From the NCBI GenBank assembly GCA_013816485.1, contig JACDEI010000003.1, positions 77,988 through 141,987 of the forward strand: a stretch of DNA of 64,000 bases, read 5' to 3'. This stretch comes from Planctomycetota bacterium (lineage in GTDB: Bacteria > Planctomycetota > UBA11346). A program made the position numbers and the translations under genes. The stretch's first letter is position 1; each line of letters starts with the position of its first letter. The notes beneath the pieces are model-generated. The model did not search any database and was not told the origin of the DNA. It saw nothing but the letters and a program-made list of their open reading frames with translations. Positions 8,596 through 18,185 of this stretch are shown here, piece by piece.

Positions 8596-10556
8596 ATGCC
8601 AGTAATCTCCGACACCGCAGTGGTCGCTCAGACCACCGCGATGAATAACCATGCTCCGGCCGGTCGTATCTATACCTGCCCAATGCATCCCGAGGTGCAG
8701 CAGGATCATCCTGGGGCATGTCCCAAATGTGGCATGGCGCTGGAATTGATAGCGGGAGCGACGAGCCACCCCGAAGACGACAACGCTGAATTACGCGACA
8801 TGACCAGACGCTTCTGGGTGGGTCTGGCCTTGGCCGTACCAGTATTTGTGCTGGCCATGGCCCACGTCATTCCGGCGCTGGCTCGTCAGCCATGGGTTGA
8901 TGGCCTGACCAGCCGTTGGATCCAATTCTTGCTCACAATCCCGGTCGTCGCTTGGGCCGGATGGCCGTTCTTCGTCCGCGGCTGGCAATCGTTGAGGCAC
9001 TGGCACCTGAACATGTTTACCTTGATTGCCATCGGCGTGGGTGCTGCCTTTGGATTCAGCACGGTGGCGATGCTCCTGCCTGATCTGTTCCCGCTCACGA
9101 TGCAACATGATGGAAAAGTCGCGATCTATTTCGAGGCCGCCGCCGTCATCGTGGTGTTGGTGCTGCTCGGTCAGGTACTGGAACTGCGGGCGCGCAGCCG
9201 CACGGGCAGTGCCATCAAGGCACTGCTCAACTTGGCACCACCGACGGCGCGCCAGGTTGCGCCTGATGGTGATAACGTCGTTCCATTGGATCAGGTCAAG
9301 GTCGGTGACTGGTTGCGCGTGGTGCCTGGGGACAAGGTTCCGGTCGATGGAGTGGTGGTGGAGGGCCATTCGAGTGTTGAGGAATCGATGGTCACCGGTG
9401 AGCCGCTGCCGGTGGAGAAATCCATCGGCGAGCACGTGATCGGTGGCACGGTGAATGGCACCGGCAGCTTCGTCATGCGTGCGGAACGCATTGGTGCCGA
9501 CACCTTGCTCGGCCAGATCGTCGATCTGGTTGCCGAAGCCCAGCGCAGTCGCGCGCCCATCCAGGGCTTGGTCGATCGGGTCGCCGGTTGGTTCGTGCCG
9601 GCGGTGCTGGCAATCGCGCTGATCACCTTCGTTGTGTGGATGTGGATCGGACCGGAGCCGCGTCTGGCCCACGCCATCGTCAATGCGGTCGCGGTGCTCA
9701 TCATCGCTTGTCCGTGCGCGCTCGGCCTGGCGACGCCGATGTCGATCATGGTTGGCGTCGGCCGCGGGGCGCAGGATGGCGTGCTGATGAAGAACGCCGA
9801 AGCGCTCGAACGCTTGGAACACATCACCACCCTGGTGGTGGACAAGACCGGTACCCTGACCGAGGGAAAACCGCGGCTGATGGAGGTATTGCCGGCCGAG
9901 GGCATTTCCGCCGATGATCTTCTGCGTTTTGCCGCAGCCCTGGAACAGAACAGCGAACATCCACTGGCCGCTGCGGTCGTGCAGGGTGCGAAGGCGCGCA
10001 ACATCGCGAATACGCCGGTATCCGATTTCCGTTCAGTGACCGCCGGCGGCGTGGCCGGTACCGTGAACGGGCGTGCCGCGCTGATCGGCAAGCCGGCCTT
10101 CCTGCGTCAGGAGCACATCGGCGGATTGGAAACGCTCGAAGCCTCGAACCGGCGGGCAAAGTGGCTCACGTGAAGAAGCTGCGCGCCGCTGGTCAGCAGG
10201 TGGCGATGGCGGGTGATGGCATCAACGATGCGCCCGCCCTAAGCGAAGCCGACGTCGGCATCGCCATGGGCACCGGCACCGACGTGGCCATGCAAAGCGC
10301 GGGCATCACGCTGGTACGTGGGGATCTGCGCGGCATCGCCAAGGCCATCCGCCTCAGCCGCGCGACCATGCGCAACATCCGCCAAAACCTGTTCTTCGCC
10401 TTCGTCTACAACGCGCTGGGCATCCCGGTGGCCGCCGGCGTGTTGTATCCGGTGTTCGGCATGCTGCTCAGCCCGATGATCGCCGGAGCCGCGATGAGCC
10501 TGAGTTCGGTCTCAGTGATCGCCAATGCGTTGCGCTTGCGTCGCACCCGTTTGTAA
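8596..10556 (+). pseudogene. Copper-translocating P1B-type ATPase, disrupted by an internal out-of-frame deletion
   Basis: Track ORFs 8596..10173 and 10161..10556 are the two halves. Motifs present: YTCPMHPEV...CPKCGM, CPC ([13 protein letters not shown]), DKTGTLT and [10 protein letters not shown]. Only about 128 aa separate DKTGT from GDGIND, where about 195 are expected from family knowledge. The TGD hinge is missing, and the frames switch at about 10131-10165 (ctcgaagcctcgaa). Confidence 0.8.
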
Positions 10557-10583
10557 ATTGTGAGCCGGGGCGCGCGCCGGGAA

Positions 10584-10688
10584 GTGAACATAGGAACGGA
10601 GGAATGGAGGAAGGCTGAGAGCTAGGGAGAAGGTGGGATTTGCCGTTCCTCCTCCGTTTCTCCGTTTCTCCGTTCCTCTTGTTCAAGC
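10584..10688. repeat. Tandem-repeat palindrome (GGAACGGAG-type arms)
   Basis: The left arm gtgaacataggaacggaggaatggaggaagg faces the right arm ccgttcctcctccgtttctccgtttctccgttcctcttgttcaagc. The right arm shares CTCCGTTCCTCTTGTTCAA with element 17863-18022. Confidence 0.8.
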
Positions 10689-10731
10689 AGCGGTTTCTAA
10701 AGGGGACATAGCCCCTCGATTTCTTCTCCGA

Positions 10732-10763
10732 TCTCCGCGTCTCCGCGTCTCTGCGTCTTCTGT
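10732..10763. repeat. Tandem 8-mer TCTCCGCG x about 4
   Basis: tctccgcg tctccgcg tctctgcg tcttctg, read directly. I found no complementary arm. Confidence 0.8.
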
Positions 10764-10941
10764 TCGATTTCCTCGGTCAGTCCCACGATCGGATGCGCTC
10801 AAGCCCTGACTGGTTTCCGGTGCAGGTTGGGGTGGCATATCACCATCCGTTCGGGCTATCCCGGGTTTGGGTAAACACGGCCCTGGACGGTGGGTACCAG
10901 TGGTCAGACCATTCGCGCCCCCACGTCACAGGAACCCACCG

Positions 10942-12177
10942 ATGCGCCACCTGCTGTCCTGCTCCCTCATCGCCATCGCGGGCATAGCGTCCGCCGCCGA
11001 CAACTTGGTGCTGCACACCTTTACCAAGCAGCGCCTGAGCGACCAGTTCTTCAGCGAGGGCTCGGCCGTCGGCGACTTCAACAAGGATGGCGTCATGGAC
11101 GTGGCCTCTGGGCCGTATTGGTACGCGGGGCCGGACCTCACCAGCAAACACACCATCTATCCGCCGAAGCCATTCGATCCGAACAGCTACAGCGATGCTT
11201 TCTTGATGTTTGCTCATGACCTGAACGGCGACGGCTTCGATGACGTGGTGGTGGTTGGCTGGCCGGGCAAGGATGGCGTGTGGTTCGAGAATCCAGGCAA
11301 CGACATGCCGTGGCCGCGCCACGTGGTGATGGACGTGGTCGACAACGAATCGGCGATGTACGTCGATCTCACGGGTGACGGCAAGCCGGAGATGTTGTGC
11401 AACCGCGGTGGATTCGTCGGCTACTACGCGGTCGACTGGAGCGATCCCAAGAAGGCGTGGTCCTGGAAGTCGGTGAGCGAGAAGGGGGCGTGGCACAAGT
11501 ACACCCACGGCATCGGTCACGGCGACCTCAATGGCGACGGTCGCAGCGACATCCTGCTGCGCGAAGGCTGGTGGGAGCAGCCCGCGTCGCTCGCCGGCGA
11601 TCCGGTGTGGAAGTTCCACGCACAGGATTTCGCTGATGGCACCGACAAGGGCGGAGGCGCACAGATGCTGGTCGATGATGTCGACGGCGACAAACGCGCG
11701 GATGTCATCACCAGCCTCAAGGCCCACGAGTGGGGCCTGGCGTGGTTCCAACAGCAGGCCGACGGCACCTTCAAGCGCCACCTCATCATCGGACCGAAGC
11801 CCGAGGACAGTCCCTACGGCGTGGCATTTTCGCAACCCCACGCGCTGGCGCTGGCCGACATGGATGGTGACGGCCTGAAGGACATCATCACCGGCAAACG
11901 CTGGTGGGCGCACGGTCCCAAGGGCGATCCCAATCCCAATGATCCGGCGGTGCTCTACTGGTTCCGCCGCGAGCAGACCGCCACCGGCGTGTTGTTCGTG
12001 CCGCACCTGGTCGACGACGATTCGGGCGTCGGCACGCAGGTCACCATCGGCGATGTCACCGGCGACGGAAAAACCGACATCATCGTGGGCAACAAGAAGG
12101 GCACTGCGGTGTTCCGCTCTATGGCCAAGACGGTCGATGATGCGGCGTGGAAGGCCGCGCAGCCGGTGAGGAAGTAG
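10942..12177 (+). CDS. Secreted FG-GAP/VCBS repeat protein (7-bladed beta-propeller type), 411 aa
   Basis: Signal peptide MRHLLSCSLIAIAGIASAA. There are seven Ca-loop motifs: DFNKDGVMDV, DLNGDGFDDVVV, DLTGDGKPEM, DLNGDGRSDILL, DVDGDKRADVIT, DMDGDGLKDIIT, DVTGDGKTDIIV. ATG 10942 is in frame with the track ORF. Confidence 0.85.
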   Translation: MRHLLSCSLIAIAGIASAADNLVLHTFTKQRLSDQFFSEGSAVGDFNKDGVMDVASGPYWYAGPDLTSKHTIYPPKPFDPNSYSDAFLMFAHDLNGDGFDDVVVVGWPGKDGVWFENPGNDMPWPRHVVMDVVDNESAMYVDLTGDGKPEMLCNRGGFVGYYAVDWSDPKKAWSWKSVSEKGAWHKYTHGIGHGDLNGDGRSDILLREGWWEQPASLAGDPVWKFHAQDFADGTDKGGGAQMLVDDVDGDKRADVITSLKAHEWGLAWFQQQADGTFKRHLIIGPKPEDSPYGVAFSQPHALALADMDGDGLKDIITGKRWWAHGPKGDPNPNDPAVLYWFRREQTATGVLFVPHLVDDDSGVGTQVTIGDVTGDGKTDIIVGNKKGTAVFRSMAKTVDDAAWKAAQPVRK

Positions 12178-12182
12178 ACCAC

Positions 12183-12282
12183 GGACTACAGGCTACAGGC
12201 TACAGGCGACAGGGTTGTGGGCTGCGGTTGCGTCGCTGAACTGGCGTGAGCTGCCTGACCTGTGGTCAGTGGCCTGTAGTCC
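12183..12282. repeat. Imperfect palindrome with CTACAGG heptamer arms
   Basis: ggactacaggctacaggctacaggcgacagg (from 12183) faces cctgacctgtggtcagtggcctgtagtcc (ending 12282). Confidence 0.7.
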
Positions 12283-12455
12283 GGGGTCTGCTGACAGGCC
12301 GTGGGTTGTCCGTGAGATCGGCTAATCTGGACAATCGTCGCTCGCATACGCTTGCGGCGCGTGTGAGTGGCGGTCGCCGCCAACGCCCAGCCCGGTGGTT
12401 GGTAAATCAAGCGAACGCGGTCAATCACTGCTCCAAATTGTACGAAGGATCTGCC

Positions 12456-15400
12456 ATGACATCGACTCTGCTCCGTCACCTCGCCTGTCTGATCGTCGCC
12501 TGTGGGTTCGCCTACACGGCTGATCCGTTCGAGATCAAAGCCGGTGATCGGGTCGTGCTGATCGGTGACACCTGGTTCGAGCGCGAGGGCGTCGCGGCGG
12601 CGCTGGAGGCGCGGCTCTATCAACGGTGGGCGCCGCGCGCGTTCAGTGTGCGCAATCTGTCGTTCGCCGCCGATCGCCCGGATGGCGTGTCGCGTGCATC
12701 GTTCGATCCGCCGGGTGCCGGCTTCAAACGGATGCAGGAGCAACTCACCCTGGTGAAACCGAACGTCGCGATCATCGGCTACGGCATGGCTGCGGCGCTG
12801 GAAGAGCTGACCTACAAAACTAATGACTGGACGCTCAATCCCGACGTGGCGCGGTATGGCAACGACTTCACCGCGGCGCGATTCCAGAAGGATCTCAATC
12901 AACTGGTCGACGCGATCACCGCCGCCAACGGCGCACCGGTGCGCCTGGTGTTCGTCGCGCCGATCCGTGCCGAAGATCTGCGCGCGCAGCGTCCGCTGCT
13001 GCCGAATCCGAAGGTGTTGAACGACATCCTCGCTGCGTATCAGGCCGCGATCGCCACGGTGGCCAAGGAGCGTGGCGCGCGTTTCGTCGACACCGCCGCG
13101 CTGACGCCCGCCAAAGAGACGCTGACGTTCAACGGTATCCATCCCACCCCTGCGGGTCTTGAGCGTTGGGCCGATCTGGTCGGTGGTGATCTGGGTTGGA
13201 CCAGCGGCGGAGAGCGCGCTTGGAGTGCGCCGCAGACCACCGCCTTGCGTGCGGCATTGATGCGCAAGAACGACCTGTTCTTCCACCGTTGGCGCCCGGC
13301 TAACCACACCTACATCTTCGGTTTCCGTAAACACGAACAGGGCAAGAACGCCGCGGAAATGCCGCAGTTCGACGAACTGTTGAGCAAGACCGACAGCGCC
13401 ATAGCCACGTTGGTCGCTGGTGGCGATGCGCCCGCCCTGCCGGTGAAGACCGCCGAAAAACCGACCGACAGCGCGGCACCCGATCCCGCCTTCACGCTTG
13501 GCGAGAACATCAGCGCCGACTTGTGGGCCGCGAATCCGCTGATCTCCAAACCGCTGCATTTGAACTGGGACGCACATGGCCGTCTGTGGGTCGCGTCGAC
13601 GCCGATCTATCCGCAGATCGAACCCGGCGCGATCGCCAGTGACCGTATCTTCGTCGTTGAAGATACGGATCACGACGGCAAGGCTGACAAGTCATCGGTG
13701 TTCGCCGACGATCTGCTGATCCCCAGCACCGTTGCGCCGGTCGAACGCGCCGATGGTAAGCTGGAAGCCTACGTGGGCGCGTCGACCGATCTGCTCTTGC
13801 TGACCGACACCGATGGCAACGGCAAGGCCGACAGCAAACGCGCCGTGTTGTCCGGTTTCGGTACCGAAGACACGCACCACACCGTTCATACCTTGTATTG
13901 GGGCCACGATGGCCGCCTCTACTTCAACCAGAGCATTTACATCCACACGCACCTGGAAACTCCCTGGGGTGTCGTGCGACTGAATTCAGGTGGAGCATTT
14001 GCCTATGACCCTGCCAGCGAGCGGGTCGAAATTCTGATCAAGGGCCTGTGCAACACCTGGGGTCACGCGATGGATGACGAAGGCCAGTCGTTCTTCTCGG
14101 ACGGCTGCGGCAACACCGGCATTACTTGGGGTTTCCCAGGTGGCGTATTTGTTCACAGCGAAGGCGCCCGCTCCATTGCTCCCAGCATCAGCAAAGGCAG
14201 CTACCCCAAGTTCTGTGGTCTGGAGCTGATCAAGAGCCCGCTGTTCCCCGCCGATTGGCAGGGTGACGCGATCACCTGTGACTTCCGTGCGCACCGCATC
14301 GTGCGTATGGGCATCACGCCGGTCGCTGGCAAGTCCGGCTACATCAGCAACGACGAACCCGATCTGTTAAAAACCGGCGACGCGTGGTTCCGTCCGATCG
14401 ACGCCAAGCTTGGCCCCGATGGCGCGCTTTACCTTGCCGACTGGACCAATCCGGTGATCAACCATGGTGAGGTCGACTTCCGCGACAGCCGCCGCGACAA
14501 AGTGCACGGTCGCATCTGGCGTGTGGCGCCCAAGGACAGCAAGGCGTTGGCGTGGACGCCGGTGGCGGGCCGTTCGATTCCAGCGCTGTGCCAGGCATTG
14601 TTGTCGGCCAACAGGTGGGAACGCGATAGCGCGCGGCGGGTGCTGGCGCTGCAGCTGGATGCGGCGGGCGAGAAAGCGGTGCAGGGCTGGTACACGGCGT
14701 TGCCTGAGGAGACGAAGACCCTCGCAGCGCGTGAGCTGAACTTTGCCTACCGCTCGACGCGTCGGCCGATCTGGTTCCTGCTGGCTGCTGCTGCCCTCAC
14801 TCCGGATGGCCAGGCATTGATCGCGCGCGCCGGTGGCGCTGAGAGCGCTGACTACAAGTACCTCATCCAGCTGTCCGATCAGGTGAAGACGGGAGCGTTC
14901 AGTTCCCCGCGCAGTGCCTTAGAGGTCATCCGCGCCCTCGCGCGTACACCGACCACCGATCACGCAAAGCGTGTGCTGACCTTCTTGGACAAAGCTCCGC
15001 AGGATGATCCGTATTTCGAATTCACTTTGCGCAGCAGCTTGCAGATCCTCGCCCAGCCGATGACGGCTTTGCTTGAGCAGGCTGGGAATGACCCGACGAA
15101 AGCCGGCATCAGTGAAGCCAATCTGGTGCGGGCGTTGACCTACCTGCCATCCGATCAGGTGGCCACGGTGGCGAACAAGCTGCTGGATGCTGGCGACAAG
15201 AACTTCGCGAGCGACACGTGGGGCGGGCTGATCGCCCACGCCGGCGATGCCAAGGTGGTCGCGCGCCTGTTCGGCTTCCTCGATCCATTGGCGACCAAGA
15301 ACCAGGGTGTCGGACGTGAAGCACAGATTCTGCGCTGGACCTGCGACGCGGCGTCGCGTGGTGTGCGCCTGACCGGCGAACAACCGCCGCTGGCCGGTCT

Positions 15401-16763
15401 GCTGACGCACTCCGATGCCGGCATCCGCAAGGAGGCCATCCGCCTCGCGGGTTTGTGGAAGCGTGCCGATCTGGCGCCCGCTCTCCGTACGGCGGCTGCT
15501 GATGGCGCTGTGCGCAAAGAAGCGCTCGCTGCGCTTCAGTCGATCGGCGGCGATACCGCGCTCAGCGAACTCACCACGTTGCTAGCAGAAGCGACTGCCG
15601 CACCGCAGCGCGCCGAGATCCTCGCCGTGTTCGCCAAGATCGACGGCGGCAAGGCGCTCACCGCCGCTACTCCGCTGCTGCAAGGCGCAGCCACTGAGGC
15701 GGACGCCGCCGCGTTGTGGCGCGTGCTGTGGGCCGGCAATGGTGTGATCGATCGCGTGGTGAAGGACGGCGTCCCTGCCGATCTGCCCGAAGCTGCACTC
15801 AATGCCGGTTTCAATACTGCGCAGGAACTCGGTGGCCGTGGTACGAAGCTGGCGGCAAAGTTCTCCGCCATCCGCCCCGCCCGTCCGACGGCAGTCCACA
15901 GCGGCGACAAACCCGCTGATCTGCCGGCGTGGATGGAGTACACCCAGAAGAACGGCATCGCGAGCAAGGGCGAGGCGCGCTATTTTGGACTCAACTGCCA
16001 GATCTGCCACGCGATCGGTGGCGCTGGCGGCAAACTTGGACCGGATATGACCACGCTCGGCGCCAGCGCTCCGCTGGACTACATCATTGAAAGCGTGCTG
16101 AATCCCCAGGCGAAGGTGAAGGAAGGTTACCACTCGGTGGTCTTCCGCCTCAAGGATGGCGGTATGGTCATGGGCATCCCAGGCACTGAGACCGACAAGG
16201 ACATCACCGTGCGTCTGCCCAACCTCGAACAGGTGGTGGCGAAGGACAACATCGCCGGACGCGACCTGGCTCCGGGCAGTCTGATGCCGCCGGGATTGGT
16301 CGACATTCTACCGGCGGAAGATCAGGCGCATCTCTACGCCTTCCTCGGCCAGCTCGGCAAACCCGGCCCGTTCGATGGCAGCGATGGCAAGGTCGCGCGT
16401 ATTCTGCGTCTATCCGGCAGCCTGCCGGAAGGCACCGCGCCGGATCTGTCGAAGATGCAGGCCGCCTACCCCAACGTTGATGGCCGCATGACGCCACGCG
16501 CGTGGCGCGCACCGATCGCGGCGGTCGAAGGCGACGGTTCAGTGTACGTGATGGCGCAGGTCGACGTGCCCAACGACGGTCTGCTGACCATCACCGTCGA
16601 AGGCACCGAACGCCCATGGCTCGACGGCATCCGCTTCGATCCGCAGGAAACCGGTCGTCAGGTGAAGGCCGGCCGCCACACCATCGCGGTGTCGGTCGGG
16701 CGTGAGAAGCAGCCGAACAATCTGCGCATCAAGGTGAGTGCGGGGCGGTTCGTCACGCCGTGA
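12456..16763 (+). CDS. PVC-type multidomain protein: SGNH-like N-domain, 'membrane-bound dehydrogenase' domain, HEAT repeats, CxxCH heme-binding domain (1,435 aa)
   Basis: ATG 12456 lies behind GAAGGA, with signal peptide MTSTLLRHLACLIVACGFAYTA. The dehydrogenase-domain pattern is PLHLNWDAHGRLWVASTPIYPQ...VVEDTDHDGKADK. The heme motif CQICH is at 15996-16010 within GEARYFGLNCQICHAIGGAGGKLGPDMT, matching the Pirellula/Verrucomicrobium-type domains TIGR02604/TIGR02603 as I recall them. Confidence 0.85.
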   Translation: MTSTLLRHLACLIVACGFAYTADPFEIKAGDRVVLIGDTWFEREGVAAALEARLYQRWAPRAFSVRNLSFAADRPDGVSRASFDPPGAGFKRMQEQLTLVKPNVAIIGYGMAAALEELTYKTNDWTLNPDVARYGNDFTAARFQKDLNQLVDAITAANGAPVRLVFVAPIRAEDLRAQRPLLPNPKVLNDILAAYQAAIATVAKERGARFVDTAALTPAKETLTFNGIHPTPAGLERWADLVGGDLGWTSGGERAWSAPQTTALRAALMRKNDLFFHRWRPANHTYIFGFRKHEQGKNAAEMPQFDELLSKTDSAIATLVAGGDAPALPVKTAEKPTDSAAPDPAFTLGENISADLWAANPLISKPLHLNWDAHGRLWVASTPIYPQIEPGAIASDRIFVVEDTDHDGKADKSSVFADDLLIPSTVAPVERADGKLEAYVGASTDLLLLTDTDGNGKADSKRAVLSGFGTEDTHHTVHTLYWGHDGRLYFNQSIYIHTHLETPWGVVRLNSGGAFAYDPASERVEILIKGLCNTWGHAMDDEGQSFFSDGCGNTGITWGFPGGVFVHSEGARSIAPSISKGSYPKFCGLELIKSPLFPADWQGDAITCDFRAHRIVRMGITPVAGKSGYISNDEPDLLKTGDAWFRPIDAKLGPDGALYLADWTNPVINHGEVDFRDSRRDKVHGRIWRVAPKDSKALAWTPVAGRSIPALCQALLSANRWERDSARRVLALQLDAAGEKAVQGWYTALPEETKTLAARELNFAYRSTRRPIWFLLAAAALTPDGQALIARAGGAESADYKYLIQLSDQVKTGAFSSPRSALEVIRALARTPTTDHAKRVLTFLDKAPQDDPYFEFTLRSSLQILAQPMTALLEQAGNDPTKAGISEANLVRALTYLPSDQVATVANKLLDAGDKNFASDTWGGLIAHAGDAKVVARLFGFLDPLATKNQGVGREAQILRWTCDAASRGVRLTGEQPPLAGLLTHSDAGIRKEAIRLAGLWKRADLAPALRTAAADGAVRKEALAALQSIGGDTALSELTTLLAEATAAPQRAEILAVFAKIDGGKALTAATPLLQGAATEADAAALWRVLWAGNGVIDRVVKDGVPADLPEAALNAGFNTAQELGGRGTKLAAKFSAIRPARPTAVHSGDKPADLPAWMEYTQKNGIASKGEARYFGLNCQICHAIGGAGGKLGPDMTTLGASAPLDYIIESVLNPQAKVKEGYHSVVFRLKDGGMVMGIPGTETDKDITVRLPNLEQVVAKDNIAGRDLAPGSLMPPGLVDILPAEDQAHLYAFLGQLGKPGPFDGSDGKVARILRLSGSLPEGTAPDLSKMQAAYPNVDGRMTPRAWRAPIAAVEGDGSVYVMAQVDVPNDGLLTITVEGTERPWLDGIRFDPQETGRQVKAGRHTIAVSVGREKQPNNLRIKVSAGRFVTP

Positions 16764-16766
16764 TGA

Positions 16767-16792
16767 GCAGGCGGCTATTTTCAGCCGCCTGC
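16767..16792 (+). terminator. Stem-loop immediately after the megaprotein stop
   Basis: GCAGGCGGC tattttca GCCGCCTGC is a 9-bp perfect stem starting 4 nt after TGA 16761-16763. It is followed by TT. Confidence 0.6.
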
Positions 16793-16826
16793 TTCATATC
16801 CGATCGTTTTGTTCAGACAGCTTCTG

Positions 16827-16996
16827 ATACCAATCCTCCATCGGATGAAACGGGAGGAAAGGCAGATCATACCGCAGAGGTCGCAGAGCCCGCAGAGCCC
16901 GCAGAGGGGAGATTTCCGCTCTGCGCTCGCTGCGCCCTCTGCGGTTAGATTGGCTGTCGGTTGTCGGTTGTCGGTTGAGTGATGGAGAATTGGTAT
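16827..16996. repeat. Composite palindrome: 16-bp outer inverted repeat enclosing a CGCAGAGCC tandem-repeat hairpin and GGTTGTC x3
   Basis: The outer ATACCAATCCTCCATC (16827-16842) faces GATGGAGAATTGGTAT (16981-16996). The inner accgcagaggtcgcagagcccgcagagcccgcagagggg faces ccgctctgcgctcgctgcgccctctgcggt. ggctgtcggttgtcggttgtcggttg is at 16952-16977. Confidence 0.8.
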
Positions 16997-17014
16997 GAAA
17001 GATAACCGCGTTGC

Positions 17015-17788
17015 TCAATTCGCCCGACGCTGCCCGAACAACCACGGCAACAGTTCCGGTTCCTTGTACGCTTGATTCCACGAGTCGTGGCCGACGCCCG
17101 GGTACTCGGTGTACTTCACCACGGTGCTGCCGGCATTCTTCAACGCCTCGTTCATCAGTTGGGAGCGCACGGTCTTGACTACTCCATCGTTGCCACCGTG
17201 GAAGATCCAGATCGGCATCTTCGCCAGCGCGGCGGCGGCGGTGACGTCGCCACCGCCACACACTGGGACCGCTGCGGCGAACTGGCCGGGACGGCGGGTG
17301 ATCAGATCCCAGGTGCCGAAGCCGCCCATCGACAGGCCGGTGACATAGAGACGTGCTTGATCGATGTTTGGACGTTGGCGGAACTCGTCGATCAACTCCA
17401 GCAACAGGCCCATCGGCACGCTCGGTTGGGCGGGCGTCTGGTGCGGCTTGGGATCGCCCCAGTCGACTTCGCACCACTTCTTGCCGTCCGGGCACTGCGG
17501 CGCGATGACGAAGCAGGGGTACTTGGCGCGCACCTCGGGTTTGGCGAATAGTCCGGCACCATGTTTGAGCTGGTTCTGATTGTCGGTGCCGCGTTCGCCT
17601 GCGCCGTGCAGGAAGATCACCAGCGGGTAGCGTTTGCCGGCCTCGGGTTTCTCGGGCGAGAGCAGGCGGTACGGCAGCACGGCGCCGTCCTTGCCGGTGT
17701 GCGTGTGTGCCGCGTAAGGTTCCGCACCGCGAACCGGGATCAGTAGGCACAGCAGCAGGACGATGGTGAGGCAGGACACGGTGGGCAT
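17015..17788 (-). CDS. Secreted alpha/beta-hydrolase (esterase / carbohydrate-esterase-like), 257 aa
   Basis: Signal peptide MPTVSCLTIVLLLCLLIPVRGAEP. Motifs: nucleophile elbow GLSMGGFGTW, HGGNDGVV, GHDSW and LHGAGERGTDN. Start 17788 was verified in frame. Confidence 0.8.
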   Translation of the reverse strand: MPTVSCLTIVLLLCLLIPVRGAEPYAAHTHTGKDGAVLPYRLLSPEKPEAGKRYPLVIFLHGAGERGTDNQNQLKHGAGLFAKPEVRAKYPCFVIAPQCPDGKKWCEVDWGDPKPHQTPAQPSVPMGLLLELIDEFRQRPNIDQARLYVTGLSMGGFGTWDLITRRPGQFAAAVPVCGGGDVTAAAALAKMPIWIFHGGNDGVVKTVRSQLMNEALKNAGSTVVKYTEYPGVGHDSWNQAYKEPELLPWLFGQRRAN

Positions 17789-17862
17789 GGGATCTCCGGC
17801 GTCGCGTACGCTAGCAAGGTGTTGAAAAAGCACACTGCGTGGGGGTGACAGGGGGGGCGACT

Positions 17863-18022
17863 GCCCAATGGTGTAAAGCTAAGCCTTTTGAGACAGCACC
17901 TTGAACAAGAGAAAACGGAGGAACGGAGGTGAAGGCAGGAAAAATGCCCATCGATCCCTGTTTTTCTCCGTTCCTCCGTTCCTCTTGTTCAATCTGATTG
18001 GCTTGGCTTTACGCCATTGGGC
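17863..18022. repeat. MITE-like palindromic element with conserved 22-bp inverted termini and GGAACGGAG tandem-repeat inner arms
   Basis: The termini are GCCCAATGGTGTAAAGCTAAGC (17863-17884) and GCTTGGCTTTACGCCATTGGGC (18001-18022). The inner arms are ttgaacaagagaaaacggaggaacggagg and ctccgttcctccgttcctcttgttcaa. The same termini bound element 45570-45779. Confidence 0.8.
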
Positions 18023-18185
18023 ATCTGCTCCCTGGACAAAGCCTTCCGTGGTCCCCGGCCACGTCGTCGCGAAGGTCAACGTCCCGGCAACGGTCGCGTG
18101 CCTGTCCATCCGCACGCGGTGCGCCCTTCCCCCGTGTGCGGTGGACACCAGACTCCCGACCCGACGAACGGGACGAGGAGCAGCG

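Noticed and set aside
16995-17075. 26-codon ORF (MKDNRVAQFARRCPNNHGNSSGSLYA) with GGAGA 6 nt upstream.
   Set aside because: It starts inside the right terminus of the palindromic element and runs antisense through the 3' end of the esterase gene. Its composition is not coding-like.
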